From Octopus bimaculoides (taxonomy: Eukaryota), in contig NC_068994.1 in assembly GCF_001194135.2 (NCBI RefSeq), forward strand, positions 52,886,533 to 52,940,691: a DNA stretch of 54,159 nt, read 5' to 3'. The position numbers and the translations under genes are program-made. Below the pieces are notes generated by a model. It did no database searches, was not told the DNA's origin, and saw nothing but the letters and a program-made list of their open reading frames with translations. Positions 24,633 to 38,593 of this stretch are shown piece by piece. How positions within the stretch are numbered: the first letter of the stretch is position 1; each line of letters starts with the position of its first letter.

Positions 24633-25089
24633 CATAAATCTATTTCGTGAGTTAAGGTACATTATGGTTGCTGATATTGTAATCAGTACTCGACTGGTGC
24701 TTATATAATTTATAAGCCCCAGAATAATGAATATTTACCAAATTTTGTCCCTTTCCAAAGAGGCTAAGATGTCAATTTGAAGGTTATTCTGGTGATGTAA
24801 CAGAGTTTCATTTAGTATTCCATGAAACCTACCGAGTCAAGTATAAGGTTGTCGAACTCGGCTAGGCTTAGACTTAGCGCTTAAAGGGAAATAAATGAAT
24901 ACAAGTTGTTAACGCTCAAACGATTGTGTGACCGCGTGAGTTGAGATATTGCTGCGAATTCCATTCATCTCTATTTCGTCTGTCGTCTCCTTTACCCGTT
25001 CCAAATTCACACCTCGGAGTGTGTGAACTGTAACAATGAATTGTTGTGTTCAAGGAACGATTTCATTCTGATCTGTTTAATTTGCTATC

Positions 25090-25260
25090 CAACAAATCGG
25101 GTGGTGTTTTAATGATCTCCACCCCGTTGCAAGCATACGGACCACATTTTGAGTAGCTTCCTTGGGTCATGTCTCCAGCAATATCCTTCTACCAATTTTG
25201 GAATTTTTGATAAGCTCCTGAATGCTGCCTCTTCCAACAGAGATAAAATAAAACATTGAA
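25090..25260 (-). mobile_element. Possible Tc1/mariner transposase C-terminal relic
   Basis: Minus frames QELIKNSK...PKEATQNVV and LQRGGDH resemble the Tc1 C-terminus (..EL...I...W..IP......GGH); weak. Confidence 0.3.
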
Positions 25261-26129
25261 AACAGTTAAGTGTTCATAGTGTAAACCATTGTAAAATAGA
25301 AATGCTTAACTGTAATATGCAAGAGTCACTGGTATTGATCGGTAGAACTACATACATGGCGCCAGAGAACAACAATCAGTCGGAGACAACTGAATATCTA
25401 CAGTTTATACGATATCATCATATCTCTTACACCTTCGAGGACCAATAAATCTAACTTGCAATTAAAATAATATTAGTCTTTGAACTAATTTTATATACGC
25501 ATTACTGTATAAGTATTATTAATTAATTACATTTTTTTCTCTTCACTAAATTAATTGTTATGGCACAGTGTACAGATTGTCCTTGAAGAACTTCCTTAAG
25601 TTAATTAATACAGAATGGCTTATTCTAAATGTATCTATGTAGTTATTTCATTGTGGAACATTTACAACACAATACAATATCTCTAAACTTCTAACGCTAC
25701 TGAAAATCTAAAAACAACTATCAAGGGGGGGAAATCCAGTAATTGCAACCACTCATAATTTGATTGTATCTTGTCGTTAAGACCAATCAGTGAAAGCAAA
25801 AGACATGCTTGTATCTTAGAACTCCTCCGAGATACACATTCATCTGCTTCCCTATTATATGGATGGCATTATTGGATTTATCTCGCTTCCGTGTCGTTTT
25901 AATATATTGAGCTGTCCTAAAGGGAGATTTTCCTTACTAATTACATGAATAAACATGGCTGAGAGAAAATTTTCCGTTCACAATACTTAATCAATCTTTT
26001 CACAGTATGTACTTGGTAATTATATTGATGCTTTTAAAAACAAGTATCAAGGGGGAAAGCTGTAATAATTGTAGCCAATTACATTTGGTAGTGATTTATA
26101 GTGAATGAAGATCCATCTTGAAACCGGTG

Positions 26130-26400
26130 AAATAAGTTTGATACAGAAATTTTCAGAAGTACTTATACACTTGTAAGTTCCCGCCACACCAAGTCCCTGA
26201 ACCGAAAATATCGATTAACGAGTTTTTAGATTATTTGCTTGATTGATTAACTACAATTTAGACGTTGTGAACGGAACTATTTCTGAATGTGTTTTGTTAC
26301 TCTTAAGATAAACGTGACTATTGAATCACTGGATCGATTCGACGACAGCCGTGGCATTGTTACGATGAAACCAAACTTTCTCTCTGAACAATACAAAATG
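26130..26400 (-). mobile_element. Mariner-like transposase relic
   Basis: KVWFHRNNATA (cf. KVLFHQDNAPAH, second catalytic Asp) and downstream VQGLGVAGTYKCIS (cf. GIxKLxxRWxKCI). Confidence 0.45.
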
Positions 26401-27310
26401 TATCGAGTTAATTTAAAATAGCTTCGCTACACAAAATGATGTCGGTGACCTTTATTGCCAAATCCGTTGGCTAAAAGAAGTGAAATTTTAGAAAAAGATA
26501 AACAAACAATGCAAAAAAATCCCTTTATAGACACACGTCTTTAAGCTACATTTATCATATGTGAGATACATATTAAGAATTCCTTCGAATAAACTATTCA
26601 TACACACACATATGTATGTATGTATATGTATATATACATATACACACATATATGTGTTTGTGTATAATATTTATTTGCATGTGTATAAATATAAATAGAC
26701 GCGAACACGTGCAAGTAAATGGCTTTGGTTCTTGCATATGTGCTTGCACGAGCGCGTGTCTTTGTAGCTCTTGTTTGTGGTATATTATACGCTGACGATA
26801 ATCTTCCTATGGGTATCTTGGAATAATATGTCCAAGATATTGCATTAACACATCTCCAGAGTCAATTTTACAAGTCTGGCTCGCGTTTACACTTGCTGCG
26901 TTAGAGATACATGTGAGAGTACATACACTTGTCTAATGGACTGTAAAGATATAATGCATTATTTATGGAAGTGGCAGCACTATCACAAGGGTTGCATCAC
27001 TAAATTTCGAAATACGTACAAACAAAACCTGAGCAACATTTGTATCTGACAGAAAAGTACAGAAAAAGGTGAACTGTGTCAGCTTGGAAGACGGCCTCAT
27101 TAAATGCAATTTTTGATGGGTTGATTACATCATCGAATTTAATGATATTATGCTTTCGGGAATTATGAAGAATACATTCTCCATAAGCATCCCGCGACAA
27201 AAGATATGAGACAATGAAAACAGCTTTGATTCCTTGATCATCAGCACAGTTTATTAGGAATATTTCGCGGTGATCAGTCTAAGAGGACGAATAATACCTG
27301 CAGTTTGTAA

Positions 27311-27372
27311 ATAGCGGTACTCCAGCATGGCCACAGCTCATGAGCTGAAACTAGATAAAATAAAATAAAATA
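27311..27372 (+). mobile_element. SINE-type 3' tail related to the family B tail, ending in (ATAAA)n
   Basis: agcggtactccagcatggccacagctcatgagctgaaactagataaaataaaataaaa resembles 44376-44420 ggcggtgctccagcatggccgcagtc...gactgaaac. Confidence 0.6.
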
Positions 27373-27501
27373 AAATCCGAATTTCCCAATTGACAATTAA
27401 ACGAAATGTCCGAAAGTTACTGAACTTTGAAGCTCTAAACGAAAGAGGGAGCCACCGATAATTCTGCCAGCGCACAATTAATCTTAACTTTTTGAAAAAA
27501 A

Positions 27502-27582
<81 letters not shown>

Positions 27583-28057
27583 TATAACATANNNNNNNNN
27601 NTACATACATACATACATACATACATACATACATGCATGCATACATACATACATACATACATACATACAAGTGCGTTGCTATTTCCACTTCCTGACACAC
27701 GTTCTCTGAGAGGCTTGATATATCAATTTCTAGGTATTGCCAAATATCTCTTTACAAATGTTCGCTGGAAAACACAACAAACTTATATATATATATATAT
27801 ATATATATATCGTTTTTTTGTATTTAGTTTGCAAGATTCCTGTGTTGAAGCAGATTTTGTTGTGTCTGGGGTGAGCCATCTATTTTAGTCCCTTATTACT
27901 TAACACACTCACCGGTTCGATTTCCACTCATTTACTTATTTTTTCTTGTTACCACTTCAATAGTCGCTGACAGTCCGTTATCAGAGCTGCCTTCCTTTTG
28001 CTCCCATGTTTGTGCGCATGTGTGTGCGTAGTATGCATGTGTATACACATATGTATG

Positions 28058-28091
<34 letters not shown>

Positions 28092-28107
28092 TGCTTGTGT
28101 GTTGGCA

Positions 28108-28112
<5 letters not shown>

Positions 28113-28202
<90 letters not shown>
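28113..28202. repeat. Long uninterrupted (TA)n microsatellite, representative of dozens of (TA)n/(CA)n/(GA)n/(TACA)n runs
   Basis: Read directly. Confidence 0.95.
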
Positions 28203-28206
<4 letters not shown>

Positions 28207-28789
28207 TATTCTGCATCTGTATATTTTTATATGATTAGAAGTATTTACATAGTCGTCGAGGAACGTAGGTATATATGAACGTAGTCTATATAAATGTATA
28301 CAAACTTTATTACATTCGTCACCCTTTGTAGTTCATTCACGAATCTCCTATTGATATTTCTAACTTGACCAGACATTGAAAATCATATTAGAACGGCAGA
28401 CCATCGAGGCATATAACATTATAATACTTGCTGGTACAGATATCGACCAAGACAATCATATTTTCAACCAACAAGGGAGCTGACGTTTTCGGTGTTTCCA
28501 ACTACGTACACTAATTAAGTATCAATATATCATCCGACAGCGAAAATAGCTTGTTAATATATATTCAGAAATGACATGTTGACACTGTAATCGATGGGTG
28601 ACATGATCCGTGTAATAAGCCTAATCTATTGGTGAACGTATATAAAGATTTATTCTTCGTCCTGATTATTTCATCGCATGCCAAACACCTATTCTTTCAA
28701 CGTTTCAGGAAGCAAGACTTTCTCCGTTAAGGTTGGGATAATGTTAATTAAATCTCTGGTGTTGTGTGATATAGATGTGTATGTATGTG

Positions 28790-28844
<55 letters not shown>

Positions 28845-28917
28845 NNNNNNNNNNNNNNNNNNNNNNNNNNNNNNNNNNNATATATATATATATATATATA
28901 TATATGCATATATATGC

Positions 28918-28974
<57 letters not shown>

Positions 28975-29229
28975 AACTCAAAACAATGAGAGTTAAAAGA
29001 GTAAGATAAGTCTTATATTTCTATATTTTTCAGTTTAGACTCCTACTTTTGGAAAAAATGAATTGAAGAATTGGTGTCATGAGCTAGCTTTCATACTCTG
29101 TGGTTTGTGTACTTATGAAGGATCTAGGATGACATACCGAGGAGATATGAGTTTAGTTATCTGATACCAGCGGTGGTGGACACTTAATTACTCGTATATT
29201 ACTTTCTTCAAACCGATTTGAAGAGTCTT

Positions 29230-29990
29230 ATTTTGCTTAATATTTCCCACGACATGAAATGCGGTCATTGTTGCCAAATATACGGAACAAACCGATTTAG
29301 AAATTGCTAATTTTAAAGCCTTTTGTGGGAATGTTTTAATTGTTTTTAACAGAAAAAGAAATATTTTCAATGTTCTGACTCTGTAAGGACACAGAGATTA
29401 CATCAAATCTTTCAAAACATCACCGGAGAATCCATGAGTCACCATTAAATAATTTCAGGTATCTGAGTGATGAGATGCATGGGGATATGTATTTAGGAGA
29501 GACTAATTCACACCATCAAATACAAACTGTCACGAATATTGCATACTTTGCTTCTTCTCTGATGATAAAACTTTGACCAAGGTCAAATCTCTAACAGTTA
29601 TATGTAGCCCTTTCTGATGTTCCCAAAGCGATGCACGTTTAGTTTCCATCAGTTGTGAGGGTCTTAGGAGTGTAGTCAAATGAAGGTCATGTCATACCAC
29701 CTTACATCTTTCCATAGTGTCTTCGAATTAAGACTGCGAGATACACTCAGGTACTGCAGACAGTTGTTACGTAGTCACCAAAGCTGAATGGTGGCTCATA
29801 AATAGATGAAAAAAGAAATTGTATGGGGAATAAATTCACAATTTTTATTAAACACATTTTATCTTTGCTAGAGTGGAGTTTTATTAAATTACCACATTTG
29901 CCCTCAAATACCTCTTGTACCTTTACGCTGCGATGATAAAGAAGCAATGGATATAACTCCAACAATGTCAGTTAATTTAAATTTGACAAA
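29230..29990 (-). mobile_element. Decayed Tc1-like transposase
   Basis: Colinear fragments: NLIKLHSSKDKMCL, FLFSSIYEPPFS (IFSDExxF), V-F-DGVN..SPKYI, LFNGDSW (precedes xFQQDxAPAH), TFPQKALKLAISKS, AFHVVGNIK. Confidence 0.5.
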
Positions 29991-31705
29991 AGATGAAAAT
30001 GCATTAATATCCTGCTGCATCATTCTTTTGCATTTGTCTAACGTTTTCATTAGCCAGATTCTAACTATTATTACCACTGGTTTTGCATTGATTTGTCATA
30101 ATTTAGGAGTGTGACAACATTGTCATTTAATAGATAATTAATATAGTTTGCACTATTATCATGATATTGTATACCCTTTGTCTTTTTGGTGATTATTCTG
30201 GTTGCACTCGTCTCCTGCAAAATAAGAATCTGATTTTCATTTTAAAAATGTTATGTCGATTTTTCACCTTTCAATTTCGTACATGTCATTTCTCTGCTTA
30301 TGACATTCGTAATCGGTTCGTAACTACTTAATTCATTTTCTTCCCTTTGTTTTCTTTTTTTCATTTCTACATTATATCTTTTTTCATTAGCTATTTTCAT
30401 ACCTGTCTGTATCAAACTGTGAATTGCATTATCATATCCTATTTCACAAATATATATCACTGTTCCACTGCTCAATTCAACCGTTAAAATTCTCATTCTT
30501 TCTTGTATATAATTTATGCTTTATATAGAATGACTGTAAGAAGGCTTGTCATGTACGCAGTAAGGGGTTTGAATTTTACATATAATATTTCTGTATTGGT
30601 AGACATATATTTATATATATATGTATGTATGTATGTATCTATGTATATTCATACATACCTCTCTATACATATATCTCTTTCTATACGTACTCCTATCTTT
30701 CTCGTCAAATACATATTTATAAATATATGTACAGTGTCATGAGACAGACAGATGCATAGAAATTCAAGCATGTAGATGCATATAGTGGCATATTTTTGAA
30801 TGACTACACGCACTCACATTATATATATATATATATATATAATACACGTATACCATAATGTGCTGTATATATACATATATGAAAGTATGTATGTATGCGT
30901 ATATAAATTTTGTTTTAACATCTTTACAGCTCCATCTTTGTGTATCATGTTTCTCTTTCGTGTAGAAATCAGTTACATCATAAATGTGCTTGTAGTATCG
31001 GACATTGCAGATTACTAATTATGCAATGTTAATCTAATTAATTGATCTTAATTTCGTGAAGACTTAACAGCTTTCGCTATTGCTTTTAAAACGGTCGTCG
31101 AAAAAAATCGCTTAAATATGCGTCTAAGTTTATCAGGAATTTCATGGATGTTTCGATTTATTCAACGTTTATAATTAGACAGCATTTCCGACATGGTAAT
31201 AAATTATACCGCTTCAAATGATCCACCGAATGCCTCTCCCTGAGATTGGTTCAATTTTTTAAGGTTTTATTTATTGTTGTTGTTCTTGATGTTTCAGTTG
31301 TTCTTGTATTTGTTGTTTGATACAAATTCAACCGAATTATATAGAAAAACAAAAACTCGATAAAATGTATTTCCAGACGACACATCGCCTGTTTAATTGT
31401 AGTGTGCCATTAGAGAAAACAAACAAAAGTTAGAGTAAATAAATAAAAACGAAACAAACTGAGCTGAAGTGTAGTTTGAGGAATATTTCTTTTCTAATCG
31501 AAACTGTTGATGATAGCTTTAGACCAGGCCAATTGAAATCAGATTGTTATATAAAATGGTGCAACACCAGACCAAATATAAGGATTAACCATTAAAAATT
31601 TTTTGTTTTGTATTTTTGTTTACCATAATGTACCCGAATTGGAATATTAAATTTACTAGCACTGTGTCGGCTCGACAGATACTCGTAAGCTTACCATGGT
31701 AGACA

Positions 31706-31899
31706 GGGAGATTCAGTGTGATATAGAATGTGAAATGGTTGGCCCTTTGAAATATGGGTACTACTCGTTTTCGCTAGCCGAGTGAACTGAGCAACGTGAA
31801 ATAAATGTCTTGCTCGAGGACACAACGCGTCACTGGGAATCGAACTGATGGCCCTACGATCGTGCGCCGAATATCCAAAACACTAAACCATGCACCTCA
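31706..31899 (-). mobile_element. SINE family C, 5' two-thirds
   Basis: gggagattcagtgtgata...ggccctttgaaata...gagcaacgtgaaataaatgtcttgctcgaggacacaacgcgtcactgggaatcgaact...cgatcgtg; reverse complement matches the 6807 head. Confidence 0.8.
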
Positions 31900-32294
31900 A
31901 CAATATTCAAAAAGTAGTTTAAGAACACACTCAGGTGTGATTTAAAGTATATATAATAATAATTTCATAAAATTAATAAAACCTTCTTGATATATCTCTG
32001 GTTTATGCTGACAACTAAAATAATAATATTTTTATGTTTTACTGCTGCTGTTGCTCATTAAAAAGCATATACTCTAATTTCAAACAGACCTATAAGAAGA
32101 CGAATTCCAATGGTAATGAGGCCATTCTTTGTGTACCCATTTATATATTATTGCATTTATTCTTCATTTCTGTAAGACAGTAGGATATAATTTGAGAAAG
32201 ATTTGGCTGCTCTATCTGGTACTTCGTGTAACGCCGGAATAGAATTATGTTTCTGAAATCGGCCATTATTTTCGGAACACCGTAATACAGTAAT

Positions 32295-32690
32295 TCTCTT
32301 TTATTCTCTCTTACTTGCTTCCGTCGCTAAACTGCGATCATGCTAGGCCACCGCCTTAAAGGACTTTTTAGTCGAATAACTTGATCCTAGCACTTACCTT
32401 TTGTAAAACATGGTGCTTATTCTATCAATATGTTATGGGGATGTGAAAACACCAACACCGGTTGTCAAGCGGTGCGGTGCGAGACAACACAGACACAAAG
32501 AAACATGCGCACATACGTATATATATATATATATATATATGCCTGGCTTCTTTCAGTTTCTGTCTCCCTAATCCACTCACAAAGCTTTGGTCGATCCAAG
32601 GCTACAGTAGATGAAAATTTCCCAAGGTGCCACCCAGTGGGACTGAACGCGGAACCATGTGATTGGGAAGCAAACGTCTTACCACAAAGA
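32295..32690 (-). mobile_element. SINE family B, near full length
   Basis: Colinear with 7961-8336, including the internal microsatellite and head ggactgaacgcggaaccatgtgattgggaagcaa. Confidence 0.85.
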
Positions 32691-34314
32691 GGAAGAACTA
32701 ATTCTGATACAGCGATGAACGGATATAAAGAAAGAAATATTTATGCATATAGCAGAAACAAACTTACCTTTTTACAATTCGATAACTGCCAAAATTTGTG
32801 AACGTTATAGTTTTATGTATAGTTATTTCAATTCCCAGCCTATGAATACATACTACGATTATAGACCGTGTTGGTAGAAGATGTTGAAATGAAATTATGT
32901 TAAACATCATATGGGCTCTCATCTTACAGTGACATTTCGTTTATAATTAAACCATCTTTGTATACAGATACGCGTTAATCACCGCCATTGTGTACTGCAC
33001 TTTTAAAGTAGGTGGTGAATAATGCGAGAGAGAATTGTCTGCTATTTCTTGCAGTCATAATGATCATATATATGAGGATTTGCTTAAGGATTATCTCATG
33101 TAGTTACCCTGCTTATTGACTCTTTTCTAACAAAAAACTAATGTGATTCCATCATGATGTGCGCGTAGGGAGTGGGAGTATGATAATATATACACGTGTG
33201 TGTTGTGTGTTTGTGTGGGGGGGGTGCTTACTTTGGTAGAGGCCCATACATTTTGGTGCAAGAAATGACGAAGTTGACATAAGCAATGGACTGGTGCATA
33301 AGTGACATGAGACTTGTAACGTGATTATGCCACTTATTAGAATTAACAGCCAAATCCCTCCTAAATCTCATCGTACTGTCTTTCTTTTTCCTTTTCTTTT
33401 TTATTGTAGGAAACAAAAAAAGGAGACGGGTGTGTATATTTATATATATTCTGGCTGGTAATTATTTTATCTACTCCGTAAGAGAGAAAAGCAAAGTCAT
33501 CGCTGAAGAAGGTTTCAAAGACAGAACGGAACTAAACACAACCGAACAGAAACCTAAATTTTGTTAGGTAATAGTAATACCATTCGAGTGTTTATTGTTT
33601 CGTCATAGAAGTTAAATGTTGCTATTGGAATTTAAGTGTCAGCATGGTATGAACCTTAATCGAATTGTGATTTGAAATTTCTGGATTGAAGTTGACCAGG
33701 TGGACCGCCTCGAGTAAGGTTTGTCAAGCAATTTACATCCAATTTTGAATATAGATCCACGACAAAATCGTTGCGCCATTGCGTCCCAGCTTCTGATATT
33801 TTTAAGACACTTTCGAACTAAAAAAAATTAAGTAATGGAGAGTGATTACGAGAAGGTAGAAGTAAAGAAAGCATTAAGATTCTAAATATTAGGACACTCT
33901 AAGTAGCATTAACACTACAACAACAATACTAAGAATAAAATCCAAGTAAAAGAAAAACTACGTTTGCGAAAAAATATCATGATGTAAAAAAAAAAGTTAT
34001 AAGTAACAAAAAATATCTAATAATGTTCAACAATTTAAATAAAAATGCATTGGAAATCTGACCGATTTTTTCTCTGTCTTTTTTGGTTATTTATTACTTT
34101 AGTTATATTATTAATTTGTGTATAAATTTTTTATAATTTTTTGATTTATTTATTTTAGAAGTTGCATATTTCTTCACCGTTTTTCTTGGTTTTTCTTTTC
34201 CTTATCGAGATTTGGCGATGCTATTTTTCTGTGAGACGGAGACATTATTCCTTGATTGTAAAGAACAAGCTGAGCAATATGTTAAGTTGAGCAAAGAAAA
34301 TGAATAATGTGACC

Positions 34315-34353
<39 letters not shown>

Positions 34354-34732
34354 AGAGGGGGAGGATATTCCAGACGTGTTAGAGAAGAGTGAGAAGAGAA
34401 GAAAGCGTGAGAAAGAAAGAAAGAAAGAAATATAGAAAAATCGAATGAATGAATGAATGAATGAAAGAATGAATGCAAGAGAAAGACGAGAAATGAGAGA
34501 GACAAGATATTGTCAGGAAAATGTGCTGCGCATTTTGTAAAGATGGTCTGTCATACGATTTAGATAGAAGAGAAAACTATGAAAGTCTGTAACTGTATAG
34601 TTTACTTGCAACAAACTACAGACTTGGGAAACGATAATAGAATTAAGACCAAATATAATAAAATGCAATAAATGAAAAAAATAACGTACTATTCGGAGGG
34701 AAACTGCAGGGGATATAATAATGTGATGGAAT

Positions 34733-34819
34733 CGGAATTTGAACCCAGAATGTAGTGGCGGGCGAAATACCACGACGCAGTTCGTCAAGCGTGGTAACGG
34801 TTCTGCCAGCTCGCCGCCT
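34733..34819 (-). mobile_element. SINE family A head
   Basis: cggaatttgaacccagaatg...gtggtaacggttctgccagctcgccgcct. Confidence 0.75.
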
Positions 34820-35560
34820 CGATGGTATTGATGATTATAATGAAGACTATGGTGATGGTTAACGCTCACTGCGAAAGAAACAATTCCGTTGGAAGTCGGT
34901 GGCGTTGCTATTGTTTGAAATATGTGCTGATCGGTAAAGGCAAGGCGGGATGAGTAACGGTACATTGGTGGCAATTAAACGATTGTGTCATTTCCAGACA
35001 CCTAATACAATATAGCTGAGTCATTCATTATAAAGTTTCAAGAGTACGTTATACATACTTGCACAAATACATACAAATATATGTATATATATATAAATGT
35101 ATATATNNNNNNNNNNNNNNNNNNNNNNNNNNNNNNNNNNNNNNNNNNNNNNNNNNNNNNNNNNNNNNNNNNNNNNNNNNNNNNNNNNNNNNNNNNNNNN
35201 NNNNNNNNNNNNNNNNNNNNNNNNNNNNNNNNNNNNNNNNNNNNNNNNNNNNNNNNNNNNNNNNNNNNNNNNNNNNNNNNNNNNNNNNNNNNNNNNNNNN
35301 NNNNNNNNNNNNNNNNNNNNNNNNNNNNNNNNNNNNNNNNNNNNNNNNNNNNNNNNNNNNNNNNNNNNNNNNNNNNNNNNNNNNNNNNNNNNNNNNNNNN
35401 NNNNNNNNNNNNNNNNNNNNNNNNNNTATATATATATACACCACACACACAGAGACAAACACACAAAAACACACAAACACGCACATATATATATATTTTG
35501 TTAGCCTTAATGAATATTAGTAGAAAAACTGCAGACACTGGCAATACTGACAGATCACAG

Positions 35561-35563
<3 letters not shown>

Positions 35564-35627
<64 letters not shown>
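35564..35627. repeat. (AAT)n microsatellite
   Basis: Read directly. Confidence 0.95.
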
Positions 35628-35628
<1 letters not shown>

Positions 35629-36133
35629 GCAGTAATCGTAAACAGAATTGGTAGATCTGGAACCGGAGAAGAATTATGAGGTGAGTCACACGTCTGCAAA
35701 TCGCATGTAAAAGGAACACCACCATTTGTCTGCAGATGTGTGAGCAACCGTGCGTGTATTGTCTCAATCTAGCGTAATAAATGGATATTATTTATACTTG
35801 TATGAATCTATATGTATACTGAAGAATGCATTTGTGTAAGCGTACACTTAACAAGCATATACTCACGGATATTATACATGTATTAGCCACTATCCACATA
35901 ACTACGAGCGTGTAAGTGAAACCTAGTGCGCACACACACACACGCAGACGCACACACGAGCACACATATGTATATGCATGTATATGTTAGTATACATATC
36001 TATGTATACATGTGATAGATGAATATACACATGTATAAATATATATGTGCATGTGTATATTTTCATTTACATATACGCATATATATGTGTGTATAAATGT
36101 AAATAGTTTCGTAAATATATGTGTACATAATTT

Positions 36134-36172
<39 letters not shown>

Positions 36173-36944
36173 NNNNNNNNNNNNNNNNNNNNNNNNNNNN
36201 NNNNNNNNNNNNNNNNNNNNNNNNNNNNNNNNNNNNNNNNNNNNNNNNNNNNNNNNNNNNNNNNNNNNNNNNNNNNNNNNNNNNNNNNNNNNNNNNNNNN
36301 NNNNNNNNNNNNNNNNNNNNNNNNNNNNNNNNNNNNNNNNNNNNNNNNNNNNNNNNNNNNNNNNNNNNNNNNNNNNNNNNNNNNNNNNNNNNNNNNNNNN
36401 NNNNNNNNNNNNNNNNNNNNNNNNNNNNNNNNNNNNNNNNNNNNNNNNNNNNNNNNNNNNNNNNNNNNNNNNNNNNNNNNNNNNNNNNNNNTATATATAT
36501 ATATATATATATGCGTATATATATATATTCATAATATGCATGCCGGGAGATTAATGTATTATTGCAAATGACATATCCGTGCATAAATCCAGAATAGCTT
36601 CGTGATGGTAGGAAATAACTTTTGTATGAATGGATTACAAAATCAACAGGAGAAATTGCGAAGGAAAAAGAGCACATATAAAAAATATGTAGAAAACATT
36701 AACGGTGTCCACAGCAACACCCAACTACTAATAATTCATATTAACTTCGAGAAGTTTTTGCCATACATAATTATTGTAATCGCCCCTTTTCTCAGCCTTG
36801 TAGTGATGGAAATTCTATTAATATTTTAACCTGCTTTTGTGTATGTATCGGGTATTGTGTTCTCAAGTCTCCCCCAAGGTTTAAAATGTTTTAACATGTA
36901 TGGCATGTTTTGTTGTAATAATGAAGAACCTTGTGGTCAATAAA

Positions 36945-37021
36945 GAGGAGGAAGTGAAGGAGGAGGAGGAGGAGGAGGAGGAGGAGAAGAAGAAGAAGAA
37001 GAAAAAGAAGAATAATAATAA

Positions 37022-37052
<31 letters not shown>

Positions 37053-37083
37053 AAGAAGAAGAAGAAGAAGAAGAAGAAGAAGA
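36945..37083. repeat. Compound trinucleotide repeat (GAG)n-(AAG)n-(AAT)n-(AAG)n
   Basis: Read directly. Confidence 0.95.
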
Positions 37084-38593
37084 TGCGTCAACGAGCCCCC
37101 TGTGCGGGAAGATTAAATCTGAGTTCATCGTCAAACTTGATTTAAGAAACAGCAAAGAAATAAAAGAATTTTTTTTTTATGAAAGTCATTCCTGGAAACT
37201 GAGAGATTTCTCTTACATATGATGCATAATCTCTTCTAGATACGTTATCACAGCGCAACATGCGCGTAAAACCGTGAACAGCACGAAGAGCTGAGATAGG
37301 AGTATACAAACAACAACACTGTCAGTAAGAAAATTAATCTCATACGTGTTCCTATTTCTACACATATACACATTACTGTTTTTTTGGTTATATACCTACA
37401 AATATAATTTGTATACAAATTTACACGCGAACATATACACACTCCCACGTGCTAATAAAACAACAAACAAAAGGACACAAAATATTTCAATAACTAAAAA
37501 AAATCTACAACACGCTTCATTTTAAACAGAGGGGAAAACAGTTATGCTCGGTAATGGAAATATCAAGAGAAAAGAAAACAATGGCGAATTCCCATTTGTG
37601 AGACTTGAGCAATCACGCTACAAGAGAAGAATGTTTTCTGTTTAGCTTCCAGTTTTTGAAATTTTCAAATTAAATGAAAATTTTCAAATTTGGTGTATTG
37701 ATGTAACTTTTGACGCTGAATCTGATGTTGTCATTCGTTCCAGAAAAAGTTTAGCAAAATATAGAGGTTTAAAGTTTGATTATTTTCATCCAATAAGGAA
37801 ACAGGATTTGGAAGCTGGCATTTTCTATGTGATAGCTTTTATTAAACAAAAGGAAACCGATATAATACGACGAGAAAAGTTAAGTTTTGAAGTTTTAATA
37901 AGCCATGCGAAACGTTCGAACAAACAATATAAATTTTAAAAGCTGTTAACTTTTAATTTATTAATTTATGGCAAAAATTAAAGATGATGAAATATTCTCA
38001 TTAACAGAATCAACTTTACAAATGAACCAAACCAAAATAATTACTGAATATTATTAATGGTGACGTTCTCATTACTATTCAGTTACTGGGAAAATAAACT
38101 TTCAATAAATACATCAAACTCTCTCTCACACACACATACACACTCACACACTCATTCACTCACTCACACACTACACGCACACACACACACACATACATAC
38201 ACACATGCGCATACACATTTGAGGGTCTTCCCAGACAATTTGGTGAATTCTATAGCTAAGCAGCCACTGAAACGGTGACTAAAAACAAAAACTACTCGGC
38301 CATTTAATGACTAAAAGTAACAATTGATTGCAGTTGATAAAAAGGTTGACCGGTTTTGACCTGTCATCAAATCAACAATCTCATAAAATATTTCTTTATT
38401 ATATATACATTTTTGTGTTTTACTCTTCTTCCTGTAACCAAGCCTTCAAAAATCATATATGTTTTGTTTAAACAATTCCCCGTACACACATTCAAACAGA
38501 CAGCTTCAAAATGACAGAGACCAATTCAGTTACTTTCCAGATATCCTTTGTTTTTCAACACCCAAAAATTGAACTCTTCGCAACCATACTACA

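Noticed and set aside
34513-34974. 153-aa minus ORF
   Set aside because: It reads through a family-A SINE head and low-complexity sequence; no domain recognised.
36900-37145. Poly-Glu/Lys ORF; likewise poly-Asp ORF 13008-13226
   Set aside because: Produced by trinucleotide microsatellites.
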